A stretch of DNA of 64,000 nt, taken from Flavobacteriales bacterium UBA7690 (GTDB lineage Bacteria; Bacteroidota; Bacteroidia; Flavobacteriales_F; PHOS-HE28). Both the position numbers and the translations under genes were made by a program. Position 1 is the first letter of the stretch; each line of letters begins with the position of its first letter. The stretch lies in NCBI GenBank assembly GCA_002482775.1, contig DLGQ01000035.1, positions 29,429 to 93,428 on the forward strand, written 5' to 3'. The notes under the pieces were generated by a model. That model did no database searches, was not told the origin of the DNA, and saw only the letters and a list, made by a program, of their open reading frames with translations. This document shows positions 55,901 through 64,000 of this stretch, piece by piece.

Positions 55901-56062
55901 GTGGTGGATATGGGCGGCCGGTTGGTGATGAGCCAGCGCAGCGCCATGGCCACCGGGCAGGTGCTCACGCTGCAAGGAAGCGAGGGTCTTGCTCCCGGGG
56001 CATACACGGTGCGCCTTCGTGATGCGAATGGTGTCACCAACCGACGCCTGACGGTACAGTAG
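52991..56062 (+). CDS. T9SS type A sorting domain protein, large modular paralog (about 1023 aa)
   Basis: ATG 52991 gives MLPTSTILVRLAQVLLALIPLASFG; ATG 52934 is also possible. The order is a type-I module, a type-II module, three tandem 121-124-aa repeats, a second type-II module and a degenerate fourth repeat. The C-terminal sorting domain is WSLFPNPTSGVVNVRY. Confidence 0.85.
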   Translation: MLPTSTILVRLAQVLLALIPLASFGLTPSGGDALAAPPGANPPNTICTGATVVPVTIGTPATVTGNNENSLTDPVLGANLVWEGFSITACSDVTVSYCGTSPIFMGGLAYLAVGCPLTNLVFNSGQNVISNVCGDGNFAIFFPELPPGTYYYPVLEAPGSSGNYSITFIAAACTNTPPANAFCATPVELTSGANCEPTSGTVEHATVAGNSGTSCDGADVSDGVWFSFVATSSAHEITVVGSASFAAEIELFSGSCPAPTPVACTSANDFGLSETLSSTTLTVGQTYLIRVSDWYSGVPRSTTFDICVVGIPTSDCEADAGTLTAGDPPPCLDGAVTISAIANGDAVIPTGYDRIYVLTSGQDIVIQQVAAAPSFQVSEATAYTIHTLVYDPATLDIGTIVFGESTAAEVNALLVQGGGSVCASLDLAGAAISVATCCAATAGALDPVSPFECLVSGSSPVSAVEEIPSVIPTGYVLAYVLSQGPDRVIQQVGTEPLFTVDALGAFTIHAFVYDPNTLDPEQVIDFGTTTAAALHGLLVEGGGSICGSLDLDGAIITVLNCCAADAGTITPDDDVLCYPNTTIAISATPEEDAVVPVGFTTVYVLSAGQDLVIQATAATPSFDVSAPGEYTIHTLVYDPATLDLSAIVVGQTTGAEVNALLIPAGSICASLDVEGARIMVEDCSPVNDDCSTAIEVSVSVVDECSANSVTGNNAYATQEATNLPGCDETTASFADVWYRFNSGQNEQISLLFDPGTMTHWAFAVSDACEGGVEVVCEIMPSVPIDVVTAPNTDYWVRIYSDLGSGSGGAFTLCITGAAPTYICNGASVTLGDATTSTSICQDGDPDVLDVVNTSNSVEDYSYVVTDVNDTVVALMAMGSLDFNALPVGIYRIWGISHNGALQGADAGAAATDITSNGECLDLSDDFVTVNVEVCSGINEDPMNEWSLFPNPTSGVVNVRYSGASASATIDVVDMGGRLVMSQRSAMATGQVLTLQGSEGLAPGAYTVRLRDANGVTNRRLTVQ
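53936..55036 (+). repeat. three tandem in-frame coding repeats (363, 372, 366 nt)
   Basis: The units start at 53936 (CEADAGTL), 54299 (CCAATAGAL) and 54671 (CCAADAGTI). Each ends in ...C(A/G)SLD(L/V).GA.I.V. Units 1 and 3 share the identical peptide YTIHTLVYDPATLD, encoded with different synonymous codons. Confidence 0.85.
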
Positions 56063-56082
56063 GCTTAGGAACGTACCAGTTG

Positions 56083-56108
56083 GAAGGGCGGGAGCGATCC
56101 CGCCCTTC
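56083..56108 (+). terminator. rho-independent terminator
   Basis: GAAGGGCGGGA (56083-56093) pairs perfectly with TCCCGCCCTTC (56098-56108), with loop GCGA, followed by TTGTTG. Confidence 0.65.
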
Positions 56109-56171
56109 TTGTTGTGCGGGGGGGTGCGAACCTGCGGTAGCCTGCTGCGTATAACGGTCAAAATCCCTCCC

Positions 56172-56681
56172 ATGCGCACTCAGCTCTCCCTGCTGTTGGC
56201 GATGTCCATCGGTTGCTCGGTGGCTCAGGACCTTCCACCGCTCGGCTTACCCATCAACGGTCGAGTCTCCCAAGGCGATGCCAAGCTGGAAGGTTGCGAA
56301 GTGACCATTTACAAAGGCAACGATGTGGTCGGCCACCAGATCACCGAACGCACCGGACGCTTCAGCATGGTGCTCGGTCTGGGCGAGGAGTTCGCCATCG
56401 AGTTCAGCAAAGAAGGGTTCCTGACCAAGCGTGTTATCGTGGATACCCGGGGCGAGCTGCCGAAGGACCTTGTGGAGATCGCGCCTATCGAAATGGCCAT
56501 GAGCATGCTGAAGGCCGAGAAGTACGTGGGCGCGGATACCGATGAACTGGACTTCCCCTTTGCTATCGTGCGTTACGATCGTGGTGCGCGCGCTTTCGTA
56601 CAGGACCAGCAGTACACCGCGGACATGATGCGTACCAACGGCGCGCTTCTGCTGATGTCAGGCCGGGCGGTCAAGGACTGA
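56172..56681 (+). CDS. hypothetical lipoprotein with carboxypeptidase-regulatory-like beta-sandwich
   Basis: ATG 56172 gives MRTQLSLLLAMSIGCSVAQ (lipobox-like). The pattern INGRVSQGDAKLEGCEVTIYKG...TGRFSMVL...FSKEGFLTKRV resembles the CarboxypepD_reg fold. Confidence 0.6.
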   Translation: MRTQLSLLLAMSIGCSVAQDLPPLGLPINGRVSQGDAKLEGCEVTIYKGNDVVGHQITERTGRFSMVLGLGEEFAIEFSKEGFLTKRVIVDTRGELPKDLVEIAPIEMAMSMLKAEKYVGADTDELDFPFAIVRYDRGARAFVQDQQYTADMMRTNGALLLMSGRAVKD

Positions 56682-56724
56682 ACGCAACAGGCACGTACCT
56701 TCGAGGCGCAACCAGCGCAGTGCC

Positions 56725-57255
56725 ATGCCCATCCGCAGACCCTTCAATGTGAAGCAATGGATCGCCGACAACCGCGATCTGCTGAAACCACCGGTCGGTA
56801 ACAAGAACCTCTATGCCGACGCGGGCGACTACATCGTGATGGTGGTCGGCGGTCCCAACGCGCGCAAGGATTACCATTGGAACGAGACCGAAGAGCTCTT
56901 CTTCCAGTTGGAAGGCGATATCGAAGTGGGGATCCAAGAAGATGGCATGGCTGTTACCATCCCCATCAAAGAGGGCGAGATGTTCCTGCTTCCGGGTCGT
57001 GTGCCGCATCAGCCGCGTCGCGGGGCAGGTACCGTAGGCCTGGTGATCGAGGTGAAACGTGATGACCGCGAACTGGAAGATGGCTTGCAATGGTATTGTG
57101 AGCAATGCAACACCCTTCTGCATGAATACCGGTTCGTCCTCAACAACATCGAGAAGGACTTCCTGCCGCGTTTCCGCGAATTCTATGGGAACGAGGAGCA
57201 CCGCACCTGCAAGCAGTGTGGTCATGTGATGGAAGCGGACCCGCGATTCGTGTAA
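56725..57255 (+). CDS. nbaC: 3-hydroxyanthranilate 3,4-dioxygenase
   Basis: It is collinear with bacterial HAO as recalled. The motifs are [21 protein letters not shown](Y/F)QL.G, KEG.(I/M)FLLP..V.H.P.R and the C-terminal rubredoxin-like CxxC...CxxC (WYCEQC ... CKQCGH). Confidence 0.92.
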   Translation: MPIRRPFNVKQWIADNRDLLKPPVGNKNLYADAGDYIVMVVGGPNARKDYHWNETEELFFQLEGDIEVGIQEDGMAVTIPIKEGEMFLLPGRVPHQPRRGAGTVGLVIEVKRDDRELEDGLQWYCEQCNTLLHEYRFVLNNIEKDFLPRFREFYGNEEHRTCKQCGHVMEADPRFV

Positions 57256-57265
57256 GCGGAAGGCC

Positions 57266-58285
57266 ATGGCGGAGCTTTTCACGATCGACATCCACACGCA
57301 CATCCTGCCGGAGAACATCCCGGACTTCGGGCGGCGTTACGGATATCGGGGCTTCATCCACCTGGACCACCACAAGCCGGGCTGCGCGCGGATGATGATG
57401 GACGACAAGTTCTTCCGCGAAGTACAGGCCAACTGCTGGGACCCCGAAGTGCGTATCAGTGAATGCGATCAGCATCGCGTGCATGTGCAGGTGCTCAGTA
57501 CGGTACCGGTCATGTTCAGTTATTGGGCGAAGCCGCACGACACGCTGGACTTGTCCATGTTCCTCAATGACCACATCGCAGGCATCGTGCAGCGATGGCC
57601 ACAGCGGTTCGTGGGGTTGGGTACGCTGCCCATGCAAGAACCCGAATTGGCGATCAAGGAACTGGAACGGTGCAAGCGGATAGGCATGGCGGGCATCCAG
57701 ATCGGCACGCATGTCAACGGCATGAACCTGGGCGAGCCGCGTCTGCTGCAGATCTTCCAAGCGTGTGCCGAACTGGATATGGTCGTTTTCGTTCACCCGT
57801 GGGATATGATGGGTGCAGACCGGATGGACAAGTATTGGATGTCCTGGCTGGTAGGAATGCCGGTAGAGACCACCACCGCCATCACCTCCATGATCTTCAG
57901 CGGGCTCTTCGAGAAAGTTCCCATGTTGCGTGTCGCCTTCGCACATGGTGGTGGTTCGTTCCCGGCCACGTTGGGCCGCATCGAACATGGTTTCATCATG
58001 CGTCCTGATCTTTGCGCGGTGGATAATGATGTGAACCCACGCGACTACCTCGGCCGTTTTTGGATCGATGCGTTGGTCCATGATCCGGCCATTCTACGGT
58101 TGGTGGTGGACCAGATGGGCGCGCACCGCGTGGCCATGGGCACCGATTATCCGTTCCCCCTCGGCGAGCTTGTTCCCGGTGAATTGATACGGAGCATGCA
58201 GTATGATCAGCCTACCAAGGAATTGCTGCTCGGTGGTGCGGCGTTGGACTGGCTCGGGATGCGCAAAGAAGCCTTCGTTCGCTGA
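57266..58285 (+). CDS. nbaD: amidohydrolase-2 family, 2-amino-3-carboxymuconate-6-semialdehyde decarboxylase (ACMSD)-like
   Basis: The sequence has IDIHTHILP (metal-binding HxH), VHPW, AFAHGGG and [11 protein letters not shown]. It starts 11 nt after the dioxygenase gene. Confidence 0.85.
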   Translation: MAELFTIDIHTHILPENIPDFGRRYGYRGFIHLDHHKPGCARMMMDDKFFREVQANCWDPEVRISECDQHRVHVQVLSTVPVMFSYWAKPHDTLDLSMFLNDHIAGIVQRWPQRFVGLGTLPMQEPELAIKELERCKRIGMAGIQIGTHVNGMNLGEPRLLQIFQACAELDMVVFVHPWDMMGADRMDKYWMSWLVGMPVETTTAITSMIFSGLFEKVPMLRVAFAHGGGSFPATLGRIEHGFIMRPDLCAVDNDVNPRDYLGRFWIDALVHDPAILRLVVDQMGAHRVAMGTDYPFPLGELVPGELIRSMQYDQPTKELLLGGAALDWLGMRKEAFVR

Positions 58286-58290
58286 ACGGA

Positions 58291-61200
58291 TCAGCGCAAC
58301 AAGTTCACGTGGCCGATACTGTCGTGCTGCTTGCCGGCAACGTCCGTGGCTTTCACTTTCCACACGTAGGTATCGATGGGTGAATCGTGGCCGTTGTAGG
58401 TTCCATCCCAGCGACCGTTCAAGTTCTCGGTGGTCCAGATCAATTCGCCCCAGCGGTTGTAGACCAGGAGTTCCATGGTGGCCAGATCCTTTCCCCACGC
58501 ACCGAAGAAGTCGTTGTATCCATCGCCGTTGGGTGTGAAGGTGTTCGGCACGAAGAGCGTTCCCGGTAGGATCACGGTGACCATGTCGGTGGCCGTGCAT
58601 CCGTTCGCATCGGTGATGGTAACGGTGTAGGTGGTACTTTCCAAGGTGTAGGCCACTGGGCTTTGTACGCTGTCCGCACTGAGGGTGAACGCGGGTTGCC
58701 ATTGGAAAGTCCCATTCCCCGTGGCATTCAATTGCACATGATCCCCGAACTCGATCACCCGGTCCATTCCGGCGTCGATGAAGGGTTCGGGGAACGTGGT
58801 AAGCAACAATGGTGCGGTCGCCGTGCAGCCGTATTCATCGGTTATTGCCACGGACAGTGCGGTGTTGCCGTACACGATAGCCATCGGGTCCTGTACCGTA
58901 GGATCGTCCACCAGGTTCGCGGGGTTCCATAAGTAGGCAACACCTTCAGAACAGAACAGGTTGATCGGTTGGCCGGGGCACACGGTGCTATCGGGCCAAG
59001 CATCCGCTTGCGGCACCACCACTTCCACCAACGCTGTATCCCGGATCGTACCACACACGTTGGTGATGGTCACCACGTAGGCCGTTGTTTCCACCGGTGT
59101 CATGATCGGGTCCGGTATCGTGGTGTCAGAAATAGTGGACCCTCCTGTCCAGCTATGCGAATCGCCGTCGGAGGCCACAAGCTGTACGCTTGCTCCGATG
59201 CAGATCAGGGTGTCTTCCAACACCGGTTCGGGAGTACCAGCAACCACCACTACGACCACGGAATCGCGCGCTACACAGCCTTCCGGTGTAGTGATCTGCA
59301 CCACATAGCAGGTGGAATCCAGCGGCGTTGCGATGGGCGCTCCGATGTCCACGTTCGAAAGCGTGGTCTCCGCGTTCCACAGGTAAGTACCACCACCACT
59401 GGCGTTCAACGTAGCACTTTGGCCCAAACAGATCTCCTGATCCTCACCTGCTGACCCCACCGGTTCACCGGGGTCCACACTTACCGAGTCGCGATCGGTG
59501 CCGCACAACGTGGTGATCTCCACCACCCAGGTGCCGGCCACCTCGGTGGTGAGCAAAGGACTGGCACTGGTCGGGTCATCAAGCCCTGTTGCTGGAGACC
59601 ATGTGTAGGAGTCGCCACCCGAAGCGTTCAACTGCACACTCAGGCCCACGCAGAACGGTCCAACAGGATCGATGATCACGTCCGGCGGAGGCAGTGTGGT
59701 GATCACGATGCTCGCCGTGTCGGGTCCGCGGCAACCTGTGTTGTCGGTAAGGATCAGTGTAATGGTGAAGACCCCTTCGGTCGTGTACAGGGCTTCGGGT
59801 TCTTCTTCCGTGGAAGTCTGCCCGTTACCCAGATCCCACTCGAACGTGTTGCCACCAACGCTGTTGTTGATGAACTGTGCTGTTGCCGGATAACACAACG
59901 TGCTGGGCCCATCGATGGCGATGCTGGCTTGGCCACGTGCCAAGTCGAATTTCATTACACCAAGGTTGCAACCCGTGGAGTTGTTCGTATTGCTCCACGC
60001 ATCGGGTGTGGTGGGGAAGTCGTCGTTGTTCTGGCAACCCGCGCACACGGCTTGGTATACTGTCCCGTTCTTGTCGAACCGGCTTGTTCCACCGTCCACG
60101 TGTTCCTCGCTGACCCCTCCGCCGAAGAAGGTGGCATAGTTCAGCCCTGTGGCTTCGGGCTCGAGAAGCATCAGGTACAGGTCACTGCCGTCCGTGGTGG
60201 CTTGGTACGCGTCGGCGGTCACCGCTAGCCCATTCGTTGTGCTGTTCGGGTTCCCTGCGAAACCGTTCACCGACCCGCCCCATCCGCTGAAATAGATCTG
60301 CCCACAGTCGCTCACCAGGAATGCCGTGGGTGAGAGGTCTTGGTCCGCCGAACCGTTGCCGAATCGCGTGCTCCACAAGGAAGTGCTAAGGGAGTGGTCC
60401 AGTTTGTGGATGAACTGCGAGCTGCCTGCCACGGCGTACTTGCCGGGTGTTACCGGGTAGTCTCCGTGCGTTTGGCCCACTACGAAGACCTCGTCGCTGG
60501 TGTTCAATTGTACGAAGTACGGCTGGTCGTAAGCGCTCGTACCGAGGTACGTGGAGCCCACGAGCGCACCACCTCCATCGTAGCGCATGATGAATCCATC
60601 CGTCGCGCCCGAGAACGTTGCACGGAACGGTGTTCCGGCCATGGGCAGGTCGTTGCTGGTGGTTCCACCGGTAACGAAGAATTCGCCGTTGCTATCTACT
60701 TGTACACCGTATGCGGCATCGGTACCCGAACCGCCGATGTAGGTGGACCACTGCATGATGGAGAGCGCGGGGTCCATCCGGAAACAATAGCCGTCCTGCG
60801 ATCCACCTCCATAGGTGGATTGTGGCCCGCCGATCACGGGCAGGTCGTTGCTTTCCGTGGTACTGGCCACCAGCGGATCCCCGTTCGCATCCACGATGAT
60901 CTCCCCGCGGAACGAATCGCCGTAGTTGTGCGCAACCGCGGCATCGTTGTTCAGTCCATCGTTCTGTGGCCCGCCGATGTACGTACACCCGAGCATGGAA
61001 GTGGCCGTGCTGTTCAGGTGTGCCACGAACATGTCCGTGCCGTTGGGCTGCCCATAGCCGTAGCCTATGATGAACGTGAGTGGAGGTCCACCAGCGAACG
61101 AATCGTCAAAACAGTTCGGGGTGGTGGGCATGTCCGACGAGCCCGTGCTTCCGAAAACGTACAACTCGTTATCGTTGTTCACCACCATGCTGTGTGGTGA

Positions 61201-62145
61201 TTCGTTGCCGGTACCGCCGAGGTAGGTGCTCCACACGAGTTCCGTTCCATCGGGCGTCCATTTGCTGATACCAACATCGATGGTGCCTCCATTGAAGGAA
61301 TCGTCCAGTATCCCGATCGTGGTGGGGTAGCCCACGTCGAACACGATGCCACCACCATACAAGTGTCCACCAGCATCATAAGTGGCGGTGAACCCGAAGT
61401 TGTTGCCTTCGCTACCGCTGTAGCTGGCGAAGGCGATGGTAGGGTCTATCGTAAGTGGAAGCGAACGGTCCGCTTTCACATCGAAGGAGAGCGTGTTGCC
61501 AGATAGCCTGTAAGCGGAAGGCACGGGTATGCGCTTGTTGTCTACCCCATCGAAGAACGACGACCAGGAGATGGGCGCTTCCTCCCGAACATCGCCTGCC
61601 GTGGTGGAGACGATCAAGTCACCCTCCTTCAACCTGAGCGCTGTTTGCCCTTCGTAGATGAACCGGGCCTGTGCGGGGTCCGCACCTGGGCGCACGATCA
61701 ATTCATACTTCAACCCGGTGCGCCCATCCAAGCGCAGGTCGATGCCGGGCCAGACATCATGCAGGACCACTTCACCATGCACCCGGCATCCCGTGCCCCA
61801 GAGCGCTGGGTCTTTACCCAAGAAGAAGTTCTCGTAGTGCGCTTGGGTCAGATCAGTCGTGGTCGAACTTGCGTTCCCACCATCGAAGGTTACCCGGAAG
61901 GCATGTGCAGCGTAGGGCTCGTGGGTATGGCCCGGTCCCGTGGCGTGATCATGTCCGCCGCCGCCTTGCTGTAGCACATAGGTGAACCCCCCGCGCTCCA
62001 CGAATAGCGCTCCGTTCGGCAGCATCGTACGGTAAAGGACCTGCGTCGGCCATTGCCCTTTGTTCTCCGTGAAGCGCACCTTGGGGCCTCCCGCCCAGCA
62101 TGGCCAGGAGCATAGGAAAAAGGTGAGGGCGGAGAGACAGCGCAC
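58291..62145 (-). CDS. gliding motility-associated C-terminal domain (T9SS type B) protein with SBBP beta-propeller and Ig-like repeats (1284 aa)
   Basis: The C-terminus is FVPNTFTPNGDGYNDFFGAWG...YNRWGELIW...GTYNG. The N-terminal region is RFTENKGQWPTQVLY. Repeated SBBP-like blades (STYLGG / STYIGG) are followed by about 6 Ig-like modules. The start is reassigned to GTG 62145 (MRCLSALTFFLCSWPCWA) because the track's upstream extension overlaps purF. Confidence 0.88.
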   Translation of the reverse strand: MRCLSALTFFLCSWPCWAGGPKVRFTENKGQWPTQVLYRTMLPNGALFVERGGFTYVLQQGGGGHDHATGPGHTHEPYAAHAFRVTFDGGNASSTTTDLTQAHYENFFLGKDPALWGTGCRVHGEVVLHDVWPGIDLRLDGRTGLKYELIVRPGADPAQARFIYEGQTALRLKEGDLIVSTTAGDVREEAPISWSSFFDGVDNKRIPVPSAYRLSGNTLSFDVKADRSLPLTIDPTIAFASYSGSEGNNFGFTATYDAGGHLYGGGIVFDVGYPTTIGILDDSFNGGTIDVGISKWTPDGTELVWSTYLGGTGNESPHSMVVNNDNELYVFGSTGSSDMPTTPNCFDDSFAGGPPLTFIIGYGYGQPNGTDMFVAHLNSTATSMLGCTYIGGPQNDGLNNDAAVAHNYGDSFRGEIIVDANGDPLVASTTESNDLPVIGGPQSTYGGGSQDGYCFRMDPALSIMQWSTYIGGSGTDAAYGVQVDSNGEFFVTGGTTSNDLPMAGTPFRATFSGATDGFIMRYDGGGALVGSTYLGTSAYDQPYFVQLNTSDEVFVVGQTHGDYPVTPGKYAVAGSSQFIHKLDHSLSTSLWSTRFGNGSADQDLSPTAFLVSDCGQIYFSGWGGSVNGFAGNPNSTTNGLAVTADAYQATTDGSDLYLMLLEPEATGLNYATFFGGGVSEEHVDGGTSRFDKNGTVYQAVCAGCQNNDDFPTTPDAWSNTNNSTGCNLGVMKFDLARGQASIAIDGPSTLCYPATAQFINNSVGGNTFEWDLGNGQTSTEEEPEALYTTEGVFTITLILTDNTGCRGPDTASIVITTLPPPDVIIDPVGPFCVGLSVQLNASGGDSYTWSPATGLDDPTSASPLLTTEVAGTWVVEITTLCGTDRDSVSVDPGEPVGSAGEDQEICLGQSATLNASGGGTYLWNAETTLSNVDIGAPIATPLDSTCYVVQITTPEGCVARDSVVVVVVAGTPEPVLEDTLICIGASVQLVASDGDSHSWTGGSTISDTTIPDPIMTPVETTAYVVTITNVCGTIRDTALVEVVVPQADAWPDSTVCPGQPINLFCSEGVAYLWNPANLVDDPTVQDPMAIVYGNTALSVAITDEYGCTATAPLLLTTFPEPFIDAGMDRVIEFGDHVQLNATGNGTFQWQPAFTLSADSVQSPVAYTLESTTYTVTITDANGCTATDMVTVILPGTLFVPNTFTPNGDGYNDFFGAWGKDLATMELLVYNRWGELIWTTENLNGRWDGTYNGHDSPIDTYVWKVKATDVAGKQHDSIGHVNLLR

Positions 62146-62268
62146 GAGCGTACCGGCTGGGGTGAACCAAGTTACCGTGAAAAGACACGGCCAGCGCGCC
62201 AAAAGTTGCCTTTCCCTATCCTGGAGAGTGATGGAACGGGACGATACGGCGCCGGAACCGCCGGTCGC

Positions 62269-62276
62269 TACCTTTG
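62269..62276 (+). promoter_or_regulatory. TAnnTTTG -7 box (TACCTTTG) upstream of purF
   Basis: Seen in the sequence 68 nt upstream of the proposed TTG start at 62344. Confidence 0.4.
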
Positions 62277-62343
62277 CGGGGCTGCGGAACCGTCGTTGGG
62301 GTGGGCCTCTCCACTCCTGCAACCCGGCCGTAGCGGCACCGCT

Positions 62344-64000
62344 TTGAGCGACGCGATCAAGCACGAATGTGGGATAGCTCTCATCCGCCTTCGTAAGCCC
62401 CTGAGTTACTTCCAACAACGGTATGGCACGCCGCTATACGCCCTCAACAAGCTGTACCTCCTCATGGAGAAACAGCACAACCGGGGGCAGGACGGGGCCG
62501 GGGTGGCCACCATCAAACTGGATCCCGAACCGGGCCTCAACTACATCGATCGCTCGCGTAGCACGGATAAGCAGGCCATCCAGAAGATCTTCGAGCGGGT
62601 ACACCGCGGGTACGATGAGGCGCTGAAGAACGACCCTTTGGCAGCATCGGACCTCAACCTCCTCAAGCGTAACATGCCCTTCATGGGCGAGGTGTTGTTG
62701 GGCCACTTGCGGTATGCCACCTTCGGCAAGGACGGCGAAGAGAACTGCCATCCACGGCGCCGGTTGAACAATTGGATCACCCGGAACCTGGTGGTTGCGG
62801 GCAACTTCAACATGACCAATGTGGACGAGCTGTTCGACCTGCTCGTTTCCATAGGCCAGCACCCCAAGGAGCGGAGCGATACCATGACCGTGCTGGAGAA
62901 GATCGGGCACTTCCTGGATGTGGAGAACGACCGGTTGGCGCAGATCCACCGGCAGCTTGGCCAGAACGACCGCCAGATCACACGATCCATCGCCGAGAAG
63001 TTGGATGTGCGCCAGATCCTGGTGAACAGCGCGCTCGATTTCGATGGCGGGTACGCCCTTGCCGGCATGATCGGCCATGGCGATGCGTTCGTGCTGCGCG
63101 ATCCGGCCGGCATTCGCCCCGCGTTCTGGTACGCCGATGAGGAAGTGGTGGTGGTGGCCAGTGAACGTCCCGCGATACAGACCGCTTTCGGGTTGAAGAC
63201 CGAGCAGGTGCACGAGCTCACGCCGGGCTGCGCGCTCATCATCCGCAAGGATGGTTCGTACAGCGAAGAGAGGGTGCGCGAACCGTTGGAGAAGCGGGCG
63301 TGCAGTTTCGAGCGTATCTACTTCAGTCGCGGTAGCGATCGTGATGTGTACAAGGAACGCATCGCGTTGGGCCGCTCAGTTTGCCCCGCGATCCTCGATG
63401 CGGTGGATCACGACCTGGATAACACCGTGTTCAGCTTCATCCCCAACACCGCCGAAGTGGCGTGTTATGGTATGCTGAAGGAGATGGATGAGGAACTGGA
63501 TCGCGTGAAAGAGCGCCGCATTCTCGAGCTGGGCCCTTCACCCGACCCGGCGAAGTTGCGTGCGATCCTCGCTGTGCGTCCGCGTTTGGAGAAAGTGGCC
63601 ATCAAGGATGCCAAGCTGCGCACCTTCATCACGGCGGATGATGCGCGTGACGATCTGGTGGCGCACGTGTACGACATCACCTATGGGTCCGTGCGGCCCG
63701 GCGTGGACAACCTGGTGGTGATAGACGACAGCATCGTGCGCGGGACTACGTTGAAGCAAAGCATCCTGAAGATGCTCGCGCGCTTGGAGCCGAAACGCAT
63801 CGTGGTGGTGAGCAGTGCGCCACAGATCCGCTACCCGGATTGTTACGGCATCGACATGGCCAAGATGGGTGATCTCGCGGCCTTCCGCGCCGCCATCGCG
63901 TTGCTGAAGGAGACCAAGCAGGAGAACATCATCGACGATGTCTACGATCGTGCCCGGGCCATGGTGGGCCTGCCGTTCACCGAACAGGAGAACGTGGTGA
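62344..64000 (+). CDS. purF: amidophosphoribosyltransferase (long Bacteroidota form), 3'-truncated by window edge
   Basis: It is not in the ORF track because there is no stop in the window. The frame reads (TTG)SDAIKHECGIALIRLRKPLSYFQQRYGTPLYALNKLYLLMEKQHNRGQDGAGVA..., giving a class II amidotransferase nucleophile Cys after a short propeptide. The PRTase motif NLVVIDDSIVRGTT follows at about 63710. The frame is open to position 64000. Confidence 0.92.
   Translation, partial: MSDAIKHECGIALIRLRKPLSYFQQRYGTPLYALNKLYLLMEKQHNRGQDGAGVATIKLDPEPGLNYIDRSRSTDKQAIQKIFERVHRGYDEALKNDPLAASDLNLLKRNMPFMGEVLLGHLRYATFGKDGEENCHPRRRLNNWITRNLVVAGNFNMTNVDELFDLLVSIGQHPKERSDTMTVLEKIGHFLDVENDRLAQIHRQLGQNDRQITRSIAEKLDVRQILVNSALDFDGGYALAGMIGHGDAFVLRDPAGIRPAFWYADEEVVVVASERPAIQTAFGLKTEQVHELTPGCALIIRKDGSYSEERVREPLEKRACSFERIYFSRGSDRDVYKERIALGRSVCPAILDAVDHDLDNTVFSFIPNTAEVACYGMLKEMDEELDRVKERRILELGPSPDPAKLRAILAVRPRLEKVAIKDAKLRTFITADDARDDLVAHVYDITYGSVRPGVDNLVVIDDSIVRGTTLKQSILKMLARLEPKRIVVVSSAPQIRYPDCYGIDMAKMGDLAAFRAAIALLKETKQENIIDDVYDRARAMVGLPFTEQENVV

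Noticed and set aside
62434-63248. Minus-strand ORFs 62434..63213 and 62541..63248
   Set aside because: Both are antisense to purF, whose plus-strand translation shows the class II amidotransferase and PRTase motifs continuously to the window end.

Overview
This is a chromosomal window from a high-GC member of Bacteroidota. The evidence for that placement is four T9SS type A C-terminal sorting domains (FPNP...), one type B gliding-motility (CHU_C) C-terminal domain (FTPNGDGYNDFF), TAnnTTTG -7 promoter boxes, a long-form PurF with a short propeptide, and LytTR and OmpR two-component pairs. Coding density is high, with about 50 genes.

Gene content in order:
- 1-10.8 kb: two consecutive RND efflux systems. 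The second is a MarR-TolC-MFP-RND operon with a recognisable operator/promoter.
- 10.9-22.3 kb: an oxidative/general-stress neighbourhood. It holds a dps-led four-gene operon, large-subunit catalase KatE, a DUF1328 micro-protein missing from the ORF track, two LTXXQ-motif secreted proteins, and several orphan small genes separated by unusually long non-coding gaps.
- 22.3-27.8 kb: a secreted DRGH nuclease, an outer-membrane receptor, and membrane transporters.
- 27.9-29.6 kb: a solitary AIPR-like abortive-infection candidate.
- 29.7-33.4 kb: a MORN-repeat/small-OMP pair and a divergent secreted protein.
- 33.5-38 kb: a TPR-LytS kinase, a LytTR regulator and a T9SS cargo protein.
- 38-39.5 kb: RidA, an aldo-keto reductase and tRNA-Ala(GGC).
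- 39.9-43.8 kb: a polyphosphate kinase 1 with an N-terminal HD-phosphohydrolase fusion, divergently paired with a tandem GHKL (SiaB-like) kinase/pseudokinase.
- 44-58.3 kb: ALDH8-type dehydrogenase, an HK/OmpR pair, three paralogous modular T9SS cargo proteins with no recognisable catalytic domain, an SDR, and 3-hydroxyanthranilate dioxygenase plus ACMSD.
- 58.3-62.1 kb: a 1284-aa SBBP/Ig-like type B T9SS protein.
- 62.3 kb to the window end: a 3'-truncated purF that is absent from the ORF track.

I saw no CRISPR array, rRNA, transposase, integrase or prophage genes.

Limits: all family assignments come from reading the translations and recalling motifs; no database search was run. The ORF track translates GTG/TTG starts as M, and it contains many long antisense ORFs typical of high-GC DNA, which I rejected.

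The candidates I rate most worth follow-up are the HD-PPK1 fusion with its divergent tandem GHKL partner, the stand-alone regulated AIPR-like gene, and the catalytic-domain-free modular T9SS cargo cluster.
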